This document shows positions 1 to 9,240 of a stretch of DNA of 36,075 bases, one piece after another. Source of the DNA: Thermoanaerobaculia bacterium (GTDB lineage: Bacteria; Acidobacteriota; Thermoanaerobaculia; Multivoradales; UBA5704); NCBI GenBank assembly GCA_044226625.1, contig JBGAGQ010000065.1:1-36075 (forward strand), given 5' to 3'. Both the position numbers and the translations under genes were made by a program. Every line of letters begins with the position of its first letter. Position 1 is the first letter of the stretch. Below the pieces are notes generated by a model that worked only from the letters and a program-made list of their open reading frames with translations, was not told the origin of the DNA and searched no databases.

Positions 1-1287
1 GCGAACCGTCGCCACGTACTCCCCGGCGGGAGCGAGCCGGCTGGCGGAGAGGCGCAACGAGGACGTGCTACCGGTCGTCGACGCCGGAACGAACGAACGG
101 CCGATTCCGGTTCCCGTGGGCAAGCCGGTCAGCGAAAAGGACACCCCGTCGGTAAATCCGGTCCCCCGCACCAGAGTGACGGGGATCGAGACCTGCCCGT
201 CCCCAGGAAAGAGCAGGGCGGAGGTGTCGCCGAGCTGGACGAGGAATCGGTGGACCTTCAGGACCACCGCGGTGCTCTTGGCGATTCCGGCGCCGCTTGC
301 GGCGATCCCGATCAGATAGCTGCCCGGCGGAACGTTCGGCTGGACGGTGAGGACCAGGTTCTTCTTGTCGGTTCCGGCGCTCACCAGGTTTCCAGAGATT
401 CCCGGATGCCCGGTCGTGAACGTGAAGGCGATCGGGGCGACGAACTGCGAATCCCGCTGGACGCCGATCCCGAAGGTGACCGTCTTGCCCGGAACCGTAT
501 CCGACGAGCCCGGCGAGACCGAGAGCCGGAACGCCGCGCGGATGAAGACCTGGATCCGGATCGACCGGCTGAGGCCCCCGGACACGGCCTCGAGTGTCAC
601 GTCGTAGATGCCGTCGGCGAGCGACGCGGACGACGCCAAGCTCAAGGAAACCGGATCTCCGGTTTCGGGGTCCAGCGCGATCTCGCCCGTGAGCCCGTCG
701 TGCTCCGAGTGGAAGGAGAAATCGACCGGGTCGTCGAAGCCCTGCATACGCGCCACGGACAGCGGCAGCACCACGCCGGCCCCGGCGAGCAGCTCCACCT
801 GGCGGGCGACGACGAACGAAAACGGCACCAACGTAAGGCTCACGGTCGCGCTCTGAGAGCGGGGCCGCGGTCCGTCTTGAGCGGTGCCCTGGACGAGCAG
901 CTCGTAGGTGCCGGGTACGATGTCGAAACCGGCGTCGAGCACCAGGTCCGGTTGGTCGGAAACGACGGACGGCAGACAGAGGCCCCCGTCGGAGAGACAG
1001 CCGATCACGCCGGGCGGGAAACCTTCCGCCGAGATGGTGATCGCGCCGGTACAACAGCTGCTAATCGGCGGATCGGCCGGGCTCGGTTCCTGGCAGGCGC
1101 TGCAATTCGACAGGTCGCGGGTGATGAACAGAGGAACGGCGCTGACCTCTCCCGGGCCCAGGGTCAAGCTTTCGGGAAAGAGGTTCAGCTCGAACGGAAG
1201 GTTCGCCGCCGAGCACGGCACGGAGATCGACGGCAGCAGGACGGCGACCAGGGCAAACACGCCCCGGGAAACACGCAGAGATTTCAT
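1..1287 (-). CDS. Secreted protein with tandem Ig-like/beta-sandwich repeats (partial; 3' end runs off the left edge)
   Basis: Missing from the ORF track because it has no stop in the window. Read by hand: ATG at 1287 with GGAG upstream. MKSLRVSRGVFALVAVLLPSISVPCSA is a signal peptide, followed by ~95-aa repeats of the type FRLSVSPGSSDTVPGKTVTFGIGVQRDSQF...VPPGSYLIGIAASG. The frame stays open to position 1 (...LAPAGEYVATVR). Confidence 0.8.
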   Translation of the reverse strand, partial: MKSLRVSRGVFALVAVLLPSISVPCSAANLPFELNLFPESLTLGPGEVSAVPLFITRDLSNCSACQEPSPADPPISSCCTGAITISAEGFPPGVIGCLSDGGLCLPSVVSDQPDLVLDAGFDIVPGTYELLVQGTAQDGPRPRSQSATVSLTLVPFSFVVARQVELLAGAGVVLPLSVARMQGFDDPVDFSFHSEHDGLTGEIALDPETGDPVSLSLASSASLADGIYDVTLEAVSGGLSRSIRIQVFIRAAFRLSVSPGSSDTVPGKTVTFGIGVQRDSQFVAPIAFTFTTGHPGISGNLVSAGTDKKNLVLTVQPNVPPGSYLIGIAASGAGIAKSTAVVLKVHRFLVQLGDTSALLFPGDGQVSIPVTLVRGTGFTDGVSFSLTGLPTGTGIGRSFVPASTTGSTSSLRLSASRLAPAGEYVATVR

Positions 1288-1479
1288 CGGTAAAGACTCC
1301 AATCCTTCGTCAGTGGGGTCGCCCGAAGGCGAACGGGTGAGCGCGTCGCCGCATCGGATCGACGAGCTCGTTTCGACGAGGGAAAGATAGAGATCCGGCC
1401 CGGGCGGCCGCCTCCCTCGCGGGTGAGGATCTTCGGCGCCGAAAGTGGGTGGGCGAACCCGACGAAAGTCAGGGTCCGC

Positions 1480-4287
1480 TCAGGCGACGAACCAAGCGCC
1501 CAGGAGCCCCAGCGCCACGATCGCGAGCAGAGCGAACTTGAGAGAAGCGGCCGCTCCGGCGAACGCCTGCCAGGGCTGGGCCGGACCGCTTCGGCGTACG
1601 GTTGCAAACAGGAAAAGGTCTTCGGCGAGGTCCAGGAGCCCGGCGAGCAGAGGGAGCGCCGCGAGGGCGGCGAGATCGACCGCGATCCCTTCGTTCGAGA
1701 ACCGCAACGCGGTCCACCAGCAGAGGCCCGAAGCCAATAGCGCGTAGAACGGCACGAACAGGAGATCGAGAACCAGCTGCAACCGCAGAAGCCGGCGCGT
1801 TCTCTCCTCCGAGAGGCCCGCGGTCCAGCCGGTCCAAAGGCGCCGGGCCCGGCGGATCGAGAACGAGAGCTCCCAGGCGGCGACGCTCGCGGGGAAGGCT
1901 CGCCGCAAAGGGCCCCACGCTTTGAGCAGCAGCGCCGCCCAAGAGATCGTGGCAAGCAAGGCGAAGCCGAGCGTCCAGGGCGAACGGAACCAGGCAAGAT
2001 CGAAGCCGTAAGCGAGGCGCGCCCAACCTTCGAGTTGGGCCACGGCGGGCGGCGGTGGCGCGGCGGGCGCGCTCGGAGACGCCGGTTCCCGACCGGCCAG
2101 CACTCGGCGGAAGCTCTTCATGCTCTCCCGCTCGGCGACCTTTTCCCAGTGGTTTTCGATCCGCTCCTTCTCGACCTCGGTGAGTCGCCACGACAGCGGC
2201 CCCGTGTCGTCATAGGACGCGTCGACGATGCGGACGTCGAGCCCCCGGCCCCGCCACCGGTTCGCAAACTGGTCGATTTCCCAGGCGTTGCGGGCCGCCT
2301 GGGTGGTCGTCCGGACCTTGATCACGGTGCTGACGGGAGCGAGAAATGCGGACGCCCACGACCCCGCCGGCGACACTTCGGCGAGCGGCCGGGGATCGGG
2401 CTCGAAAATCCGGAGCGTGAGCAGATAGATCGGCCGGCCGCGGAGCGTCTCCTCGCGCCCTGGAAAGACACGATTCAACAGCTCCAAGGCGGAAAGCACG
2501 CCGCTGTTGTCGTAGTACCCGCCGTCGACGAAATGGACGCCCGGACCCGCTCCGCCCTGAACCCGGGCCGCTGAGCTCACGAACGGAAAGGTCGCCGACA
2601 GGCGAACCGCCGTCGGAACCGTGAGATTCCGGCCGTGAAACTCGGCGAAGAAATCGCAGCATCGCGGTTTCGGCTCGCCCGAGGAGGCCGTGGGATCGGC
2701 GGGCTTCGGTCGATCGAGGGCCATCGTGGCGAACTGAAATCGATCCCCGGTCTCGGCGACCGTCGAGTTGAAGATCACCAGCGGCTTTCGGCCGTCGAGC
2801 GCCTCGCGCCGCCAGCCGGCGAGGGTCGGAACGGGGCGATTTTCGCCGAGACGCACCGTCCAGGAGTGCTCGAGCGCCCAGCTCCGGTCGAGCCAACGCG
2901 GTCCGACGAAAGGCCACGGAAAGACGCCGCGGAGCAGGTCCGGGAACGCCATGCCCCAGGCGACCGGCTCGAGGCTCGACTCGGAGGCGGCGCGCCGGAT
3001 CTCGCGGGCGGCCTCGGGGGAGAGCCGGGCCGGGCCGTCCAGACGGTCGACGAAGAACATCGTGCCGACCGAGCCGCCGGAGACCGCGCTCACCATCGCG
3101 AGCCCGCTCACGAACGCCTCACCCGTCGCCTCGTCGCTCGCGAGCTCGGAGAGCACCTTGGCGGACCAGGCGGCCGAGGTGATCCCTCCCCCGGCCGCCA
3201 TGACGATCACGATGGGACGGTCCGGCCCGCCGGAGACCAAGCGCTCACCGAACGCCTCGACGTCCGCCCGCGGCTCGGGGGCCGCCGCATTTCGGGCGGG
3301 CTCGACAAGTCGAAAGTAGTGATCGTTGCCCGGCACTTGAAAAAGGAGCAGACCGAGCAGGACGATGCCCGAGAGGACCGGCACGCGAAAGCGATCGAGG
3401 AAGAAGGCGAGGGCGGGCAGGGTCCAGGCGAGGAAGTTCACGACCAGCAACACCCCGGCGAGCGCCGGCATCGGGGTCCGGGCCCAGAGGGGACAGCTCA
3501 CGATGCCGTAGCCAAAGTAGAGAGTCGCCGAAAGGAACGTGAAACCGACCGCTAGCGCGTGCCCCCGCCCGATCTGACGGTTCCGATCGAGATAGCCCGG
3601 TCCGAAACCGGGCGAGCGGAGCAGGGCGCGCAGCCGGGCGAGCGCCCGCCGTTGCCAGCGCGGCGGATGGAGTGTGTGGAGCGTCTCGATCCAGAGGGGA
3701 AGCTCGGGGAAGAGCCCCGAGCGGGGCCGTCTCGGCGGCGTGAGCCAGGCTTCCAGGAGCCCGGCGAGATAGAGCACCAGAATCGCCGCGACGAATCCCG
3801 CGGCGAGCGCGCCGGTCCGGCCGAAGAGGTCGCGGAGATGCGCGTCGAGGCGCTCGCCTCCAAGTTCCTCGCCCGAGGCGACGAACACCGCGGCAAGGGT
3901 CGGAGCGGCGAGCCCCAGGGCGGCCGGAAAGCGGAACCGGTAGAGCCAGCCGCCAAGGCGCGGCGCGAGCGGCAGGCCGCTCGGATCTCCGAGCCGCGCT
4001 CCGCCGTGCCAGACAGTAAGGACCGTGGTGACGAGGAACACCCAGGAGGCGACCAACGCCAGGAGCGCCACCGTCGCCTGGCCTGCCCAACCGAGCACGT
4101 ACAGGTTGCCGAACAGGACCTCGAGCGGAGTCCGCCGGGCGACGAACGGAAAGAAGAAGAAGACCGAGCCGAGCAACAGCTGGAATCGAAGCAGAATCGC
4201 GAGCGACACCCAGGGCCGCGCGGCGCCGAGCCGGCGGAGGAACGCCTGGAGGATTCCCCGAGCGGGGGTGCGCAGATCTTGGGTCAC
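1480..4287 (-). CDS. Multi-pass membrane protein with central patatin-like phospholipase domain
   Basis: Within ORF 1480..4491. Gly-rich loop VMAAGGGITSA, nucleophile elbow AVSGGSVG and catalytic VDGGYYDNSG are present, with many hydrophobic helices N- and C-terminal. Start placed at GTG 4287 to avoid overlap with the divergent gene; start is uncertain. Confidence 0.8.
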   Translation of the reverse strand: MTQDLRTPARGILQAFLRRLGAARPWVSLAILLRFQLLLGSVFFFFPFVARRTPLEVLFGNLYVLGWAGQATVALLALVASWVFLVTTVLTVWHGGARLGDPSGLPLAPRLGGWLYRFRFPAALGLAAPTLAAVFVASGEELGGERLDAHLRDLFGRTGALAAGFVAAILVLYLAGLLEAWLTPPRRPRSGLFPELPLWIETLHTLHPPRWQRRALARLRALLRSPGFGPGYLDRNRQIGRGHALAVGFTFLSATLYFGYGIVSCPLWARTPMPALAGVLLVVNFLAWTLPALAFFLDRFRVPVLSGIVLLGLLLFQVPGNDHYFRLVEPARNAAAPEPRADVEAFGERLVSGGPDRPIVIVMAAGGGITSAAWSAKVLSELASDEATGEAFVSGLAMVSAVSGGSVGTMFFVDRLDGPARLSPEAAREIRRAASESSLEPVAWGMAFPDLLRGVFPWPFVGPRWLDRSWALEHSWTVRLGENRPVPTLAGWRREALDGRKPLVIFNSTVAETGDRFQFATMALDRPKPADPTASSGEPKPRCCDFFAEFHGRNLTVPTAVRLSATFPFVSSAARVQGGAGPGVHFVDGGYYDNSGVLSALELLNRVFPGREETLRGRPIYLLTLRIFEPDPRPLAEVSPAGSWASAFLAPVSTVIKVRTTTQAARNAWEIDQFANRWRGRGLDVRIVDASYDDTGPLSWRLTEVEKERIENHWEKVAERESMKSFRRVLAGREPASPSAPAAPPPPAVAQLEGWARLAYGFDLAWFRSPWTLGFALLATISWAALLLKAWGPLRRAFPASVAAWELSFSIRRARRLWTGWTAGLSEERTRRLLRLQLVLDLLFVPFYALLASGLCWWTALRFSNEGIAVDLAALAALPLLAGLLDLAEDLFLFATVRRSGPAQPWQAFAGAAASLKFALLAIVALGLLGAWFVA

Positions 4288-4372
4288 CTTATACAGAGTG
4301 AGATTCGTCGCTCGGATCGAGCCGTGAGGAGGCAAGCTCGCGCGGAGTCTCTCGTGCCATGATCGTTGCCCG

Positions 4373-5923
4373 ATGACCGAGCCAAGTCCGAATTCCCCCG
4401 CCGCGCGCGCCGGCCTGATCGCCTCGCCCGCGTTCTGGATCGCCGCCCTTTCGGTCGCCCTCCACTCGGCGGCGATCGGCCGATACGGCATCTTCCGCGA
4501 TGAGCTTTATTACGTGGCCTGCGGCCGGCGCCTCGCCTGGGGGTACGTGGACCATCCGCCCGGGGTGGCGCTGCTCGCGCGGATCTCGGAGGCGCTGTTC
4601 GGCACCCGGCCGGAAGGCCTGCGGATCCTTCCCATCCTCTTGGGGGCGCTCGTGGTGTTCCTCGCTGGATGGATCGCGCGCGATCTCGGCGGCAGCCGCT
4701 TCGCCGAGGCGCTCGCGAGCCTCGCGACGCTCGCGGCGCCGGTCTTCCTGTTCGTCTTCCACTACCTGTCGATGAACGTCGTCGACGCCCTGGTTTGGAC
4801 GCTCCTCGGATGGGTGCTGCTCAAGATCCTCCGCGGCGGCGACCCGCGGTTGTGGCTCGCGTTCGGCGCGATCGCCGGGCTCGGGCTCGAAAACAAGGTG
4901 AGCGTCGCGTTCCTCGGCGCCGGGGTCGTGGTCGGCCTGATCGCGACCTCCGAGCGGCGCCTGCTCGCGAGCCGTTGGCCCTGGATCGGCGGCGCGCTCG
5001 CGCTCGCCCTGTTCACGCCGCACCTCCTCTGGCAGATGGCCAACGGTTGGCCCCTGCTCGAATTCGCACGGAACGCCACCGAGCACAAGAACGTCCACTA
5101 CTCCGCGCTCGCGTTCTTCTCCGAGCAGGTGAAGCAGGTTCATCCGCTCACCTTCCCACTCTGGCTCGGAGCGCTCGCCTGGTGCGCCTTCGCGCGGCGG
5201 GGTCGGCCGTACCGGGCGATAGCGGTCACCTACGTCGCGATCTTCGCCCTCCTGGTCGCCCAGGCGGGGAAGCCGTACTACCTCGCCCCCATCTATCCGC
5301 TGCTGTTCGCGCTCGGCGCCTTCTCGTTCTCCGGCTGGCTCGCGAGCCGAAACCTGATCTGGCCCAAACCCGTCGCCCTCCTCCTGCTCGCCGCGGGCGG
5401 GGCCGCGACCGCGCCGCTCACTCTGCCGATCTTGCCGGTCGAGACGTTCGTCCGTTATCAGGCCGCCCTGGGCGAAGCGCCGGACTCGCCGGAGCGGCAC
5501 CGGATGGGGCGGTTGCCCCAGCACTACGCCGACATGTTTGGCTGGGAGGGTCTCACCGCGACGGTGGCTCAGGTGTGGCAACAGATTCCCGAGAGCGAGC
5601 GGAGCCGCTGCGCGATCTTCGGCCAGAACTACGGCGAAGCCGGCGCCATCGAGGTTCTCGGCGATCGCTACGGCCTGCCGGACGCGATCGCGGGGCACAA
5701 CAACTATTTCCTCTGGGGACCCCGTGGAACCGATGGCCGCTGCGTCGTCGTGATCGGAGACGACGAGGAGAGCCTACGCAAGCTGTTTCGAGACGTCCGC
5801 CTCGGCGCGATCTTCGAATGCCGAAACTGCATGCCCTACGAGAGCGGGCTGAACATCCACGTCTGCCGCGGGCTCAAAACGCCGCTCTCGGAACTGTGGC
5901 CGAAGATCAAGCACTACGACTGA
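4373..5923 (+). CDS. Glycosyltransferase family 39/83 (ArnT/PMT_2-like GT-C) membrane protein
   Basis: Conserved first loop YGIFRDELYYVACGRRLAWGYVDHPPG, ~11 TM segments, GKPYY, and C-terminal NYGEAGA and HNNY motifs. Confidence 0.88.
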   Translation: MTEPSPNSPAARAGLIASPAFWIAALSVALHSAAIGRYGIFRDELYYVACGRRLAWGYVDHPPGVALLARISEALFGTRPEGLRILPILLGALVVFLAGWIARDLGGSRFAEALASLATLAAPVFLFVFHYLSMNVVDALVWTLLGWVLLKILRGGDPRLWLAFGAIAGLGLENKVSVAFLGAGVVVGLIATSERRLLASRWPWIGGALALALFTPHLLWQMANGWPLLEFARNATEHKNVHYSALAFFSEQVKQVHPLTFPLWLGALAWCAFARRGRPYRAIAVTYVAIFALLVAQAGKPYYLAPIYPLLFALGAFSFSGWLASRNLIWPKPVALLLLAAGGAATAPLTLPILPVETFVRYQAALGEAPDSPERHRMGRLPQHYADMFGWEGLTATVAQVWQQIPESERSRCAIFGQNYGEAGAIEVLGDRYGLPDAIAGHNNYFLWGPRGTDGRCVVVIGDDEESLRKLFRDVRLGAIFECRNCMPYESGLNIHVCRGLKTPLSELWPKIKHYD

Positions 5924-5930
5924 AGCCGGG

Positions 5931-6299
5931 TCACACGGCGTAGGGCACTTTCACCCAAGAGAATCGCTCAGGCGGAAAGTCCTTGGTGTTGCGAGTCACG
6001 AAAAACAGGGAATGATAGCGGGCGGTCGCTGCCTGCAAAGCATCCGGCATTTTCCACCGGTGCTCACGGCGCAGCCGGGCCGCGAGGTCGGCCACCGGAG
6101 TGTCGATCGGCAGGATTGCGAACCGATCGAGCAGCGCCAACGCCCCGGGCATACTCGCATCGTCAAAGCCGGCGAGCACCTCGGCCCGCGTGATCACCGA
6201 AATCTTCGCTTTCCGATGGGTCTCGGCCAGATAGGTCGAAGCGGCTTCGATCCCCCGAAAGTGGTCGATCAGAATCACCGAGTCGAGTAGAAGACTCAC
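5931..6299 (-). CDS. vapC: PIN-domain toxin (VapC family)
   Basis: LLDSVILID, TRAEVLAG, KMPDALQAATA and VTRNTKDF PIN motifs. GTG start at 6299 lies 2 nt after the antitoxin stop. Confidence 0.9.
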   Translation of the reverse strand: MSLLLDSVILIDHFRGIEAASTYLAETHRKAKISVITRAEVLAGFDDASMPGALALLDRFAILPIDTPVADLAARLRREHRWKMPDALQAATARYHSLFFVTRNTKDFPPERFSWVKVPYAV

Positions 6300-6301
6300 G
6301 T

Positions 6302-6571
6302 TCAGGTCTCCCACTCGGCGCGGATCGCGCGCTGATAGTCGAGACCGTCGGGACCCTTCCAGGTACCTGCGGTCGCGACGAGCAGATGCTCGATCGAGCT
6401 TGCCTCCACCTCATTCCGATAGTTCCTTACCGCCCGCCGGACGATCTCGGTCATGGCGATTCCCTCCTCCTCCGCTCGGGCGTCGAGCCAGGCCTTGTCC
6501 TCGGACTCCAGACTGATCAGGGTGCGAATGGTCGGCGAAGCGCGATATCGATTAGACACAAGAGATATCAT
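6302..6571 (-). CDS. vapB: Ribbon-helix-helix/CopG-type antitoxin (VapB)
   Basis: IRTLISLESEDKAWLDARAEEEGIAMTEIVRRAV is an RHH pattern; the C-terminal GTWKG..DGLDYQRAIRAEW is typical of this antitoxin group. AAGGAG RBS upstream; directly upstream of the PIN gene. Confidence 0.85.
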   Translation of the reverse strand: MISLVSNRYRASPTIRTLISLESEDKAWLDARAEEEGIAMTEIVRRAVRNYRNEVEASSIEHLLVATAGTWKGPDGLDYQRAIRAEWET

Positions 6572-6688
6572 ACAGTCTCCTTTCCGTTGTTGCTACGGAT
6601 AAAGACGCATTTCGACCTCGAGTCTCCCGATGGTCCAGCTCGACGATCTGCGCGCGGTATGCTCCGCTCGAACGTTTTGGAGGCTCCG

Positions 6689-7643
6689 ATGACCAAACCC
6701 GGTTCGTCCCGTCCGCTCACGATCGCCCTCCTCTCCGCCGCGCTTTGCGGCGGGAATTTTCTCTCTCCCACCGTTCGCGCGGCCGAGACCGAGGCAAAAG
6801 CTTCGTCCGACACGGCCTATGCCCAGGAGATCGAGACCTTCCGCAACGAACGGACCGAGGGCTTGAAGAAGCCCGAGGGCTGGCTTTCCCTGGTCGGTTT
6901 GTTCTGGCTGGAGGAAGGCGCGAACCGGTTCGGCAGCGGCGCCGAGAACCGGGTGATCTTTCCCGAGGGGAGCGCTCCGGAGCTGGTCGGCACCTTCGTC
7001 CGCCACGGTCAAAAGGTGAGCGTCGAAAGCCGCGCCGGGCTCGGGCCTTACGAGCGAGGGCAAGCCGGTCACCCGGCTCGACCTTTTAGCGGACGCCGAC
7101 GAGGGCGGACCCACGCATCTGGAGATCGGCGCGCTCCGCTTCTATGTCATCCAGCGCGGCGACCGGCTGGGCGTGCGGGTGAAGGACACGAATAGCGCGC
7201 TGGCGAAAAACTTCACTGGCCTCGATAGCTACCCGACGCAATCCGCATGGCGCTTCGAGGCGAAGTTCGAACCTTACGATCCGCCGAAGAAGGTGCCCGT
7301 TCCGAACATCCTCGGCCAGGTCGAGGACACCCCTTCCTCCGGCGCGGTCGTGTTCCAGGTCGGCGGTAAGACCTATCGGCTCGACGGACTCGGCGCGCCG
7401 GGCGAAGGTCTGTTCCTCGTCTTCGGCGACGAAACGAACGGCAAGGAGACGTACGGCGCCGGGCGTTTCCTCGATACCGACCCGCCGAAGGACGGCAAGG
7501 TGGTGGTCGACTTCAACAAAGCGTACAACCCGCCCTGCGCCTTCACGGCGTTTGCGACCTGCCCGCTGCCTCCGCAGCAGAACCGCCTCGCCTTGAAAGT
7601 CGAGGCCGGTGAGAAGAAATTCGCCGGAGGACCGCATCACTGA
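6689..7643 (+). pseudogene. DUF1684-domain secreted protein, split by a +1 frameshift (true pseudogene or sequencing error)
   Basis: Frame A from ATG 6689 (GGAGG RBS) gives a signal peptide and GWLSLVGLFWL. Frame B from ~7029 gives AAPGSG...RVKD, F.DETNGKETYGAGRFL, DFNKAYNPPCAFTAFATCPLPPQQN. Removing one A at 7026-7028 yields one 317-aa ORF. Confidence 0.8.
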
Positions 7644-7701
7644 GGGAGCGCCTTCTCGATCGAGGCATCCCGTCGCTTGGGTGCCATAGACTCCGCCGCC
7701 T

Positions 7702-9240
7702 ATGACCGAACGGCGCGCGAAAATCATGGCGACGATCGGACCCGCAAGCGGGTCGGAGCCGGTGCTCCGAGAGCTGCTCGTCTCGGGTGTCGATCTCGTC
7801 CGCCTCAACCTCTCCCACGGCTCGCAGGCCGAGCACCGTGAGACGATCGGCCTGGTCCGTCGCGTGGCGCTCGATGTGCGCCGCCACGTTCCGATTGTGC
7901 TCGATCTGATGGGTCCACGCTATCGGCTGGGCCTTCTGCCCGGCGACTGTCGAACGCTCGCCGCGGGCGAGATCGTGCGCCTGGGCGATCCTTCGGAAGG
8001 GGCTGACTTACCCGTAGACGATCCCGGGTTCCTCGCCCACGTCGTCCCCGGCGAGCGCGTGCTGATCGACGCCGGTCTGATCGAGCTCGCGATCGAATCG
8101 CGCGAGGGGTCGATCCTCACCGCCCGCGTGGCGAACGGCGGCACGATCCGCAGCCGCAAGGGTCTGAACCTCCCCGACTCGAACCTGCCTTTCCAGATCT
8201 CGGAAAAAGACGCGAGCGATGTCGCGTTCGCGGTCGCGGAGGAGGCCGATTTCCTTGCCGCGAGCTTCGTCGGCGAGGCGGCCCACGTCGAGGCGATCCG
8301 TGCGCTCGCGATCGAGGCGGGAGGCGCGATCCCGATCATCGCCAAGCTCGAACGGGCCGCGGCACTCAAGAACCTCGACGCGATCTGCGCCGCCTCCGAC
8401 GGCGTGATGGTCGCCCGCGGCGACCTCGGCGTCGAAGTGGCTCTCGCGAGCGTCCCAGTCTGGCAGAAAGAGATCATCGCCGCCGCCCGCCGCGCGGGTA
8501 AACCGGTGATCGTCGCCACCCAAATGCTCGAATCGATGATCGAGCAGCCGCGGCCGACGCGCGCGGAGGCGACCGACGTGGCGAACGCCGTCTTCGACGG
8601 CACCGACGCCCTCATGCTCTCGGGCGAAACGACGGTCGGCCGATATCCCGTGGACGTCGTGAAGACGATGGCCGGAATCGTCCTCGAAGCGGAAGCCTAC
8701 GAGCGGCGCCGCCGGCCGGAGCGCGCTTCGTTCCAACCGCTCGGGCCGCAGCAGGTGCGACGCCATACGCCGCTCGATCCGACCGCGACGGCACCGGAGT
8801 GCGACCCGTCGCTCGAGGTTCCCGATCTGGTCTCGGCCGCCGCGGTTTTCGCGGCCGACCAACTTGGCGTGCGGCGGATCGTCGCGTTCTCCCAGAGCGG
8901 CTTCACCGCCCGGCTCGCCGCCCGCTACCGGCCGGAGGCTCCGATCGTCGCCTTCACCCCAGACCCGAAGGTCGCGCGGCAGCTCCAGCTGGTCTGGGGA
9001 GTTCGGCCGCTGCTCGCCGACGGCGACGTCGAGCATCTCGACGGCATGATGCAGCTCGTGGACCGCAAGCTCCAGCTCGCGGGCCTCGCGGCGCCGGGAG
9101 ACCGGATCATCGTCCTGATGGGCCACCCGATCCGCGAGCGGCCGCTCACTAACCTGATGCGCGTCCATCGCGTCCGCTCCGCCGAGGATTGGGAACGTCT
9201 GCGCCCGGAGACCGCCGACCGCGACGGCATCGGCCCGTGA
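7702..9240 (+). CDS. pyk: Pyruvate kinase
   Basis: KIMATIGPAS, RLNLSHG, IIAKLE, GVMVARGDLGVE, ATQMLESM, PTRAEATDVANAVFDGTDALMLSGET. Confidence 0.97.
   Translation: MTERRAKIMATIGPASGSEPVLRELLVSGVDLVRLNLSHGSQAEHRETIGLVRRVALDVRRHVPIVLDLMGPRYRLGLLPGDCRTLAAGEIVRLGDPSEGADLPVDDPGFLAHVVPGERVLIDAGLIELAIESREGSILTARVANGGTIRSRKGLNLPDSNLPFQISEKDASDVAFAVAEEADFLAASFVGEAAHVEAIRALAIEAGGAIPIIAKLERAAALKNLDAICAASDGVMVARGDLGVEVALASVPVWQKEIIAAARRAGKPVIVATQMLESMIEQPRPTRAEATDVANAVFDGTDALMLSGETTVGRYPVDVVKTMAGIVLEAEAYERRRRPERASFQPLGPQQVRRHTPLDPTATAPECDPSLEVPDLVSAAAVFAADQLGVRRIVAFSQSGFTARLAARYRPEAPIVAFTPDPKVARQLQLVWGVRPLLADGDVEHLDGMMQLVDRKLQLAGLAAPGDRIIVLMGHPIRERPLTNLMRVHRVRSAEDWERLRPETADRDGIGP

Noticed and set aside
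1451-1474. GGGCGAACCCGACGAAAGTCAGGG resembles the GAAA-loop hairpin of c-di-GMP-I (GEMM) riboswitches
   Set aside because: Lacks the following GACGCAAA and second hairpin, and lies antisense to both flanking genes; more likely a simple hairpin or terminator.
4288-4491. N-terminal 68 aa of the 1003-aa patatin ORF
   Set aside because: Overlaps the divergent GT39 gene and its promoter; looks like open-frame read-up, not coding.
8700-8825. ~25-aa Pro/Arg-rich insert between the A and C domains of pyruvate kinase
   Set aside because: Falls in a known variable linker; no intein or domain motifs.
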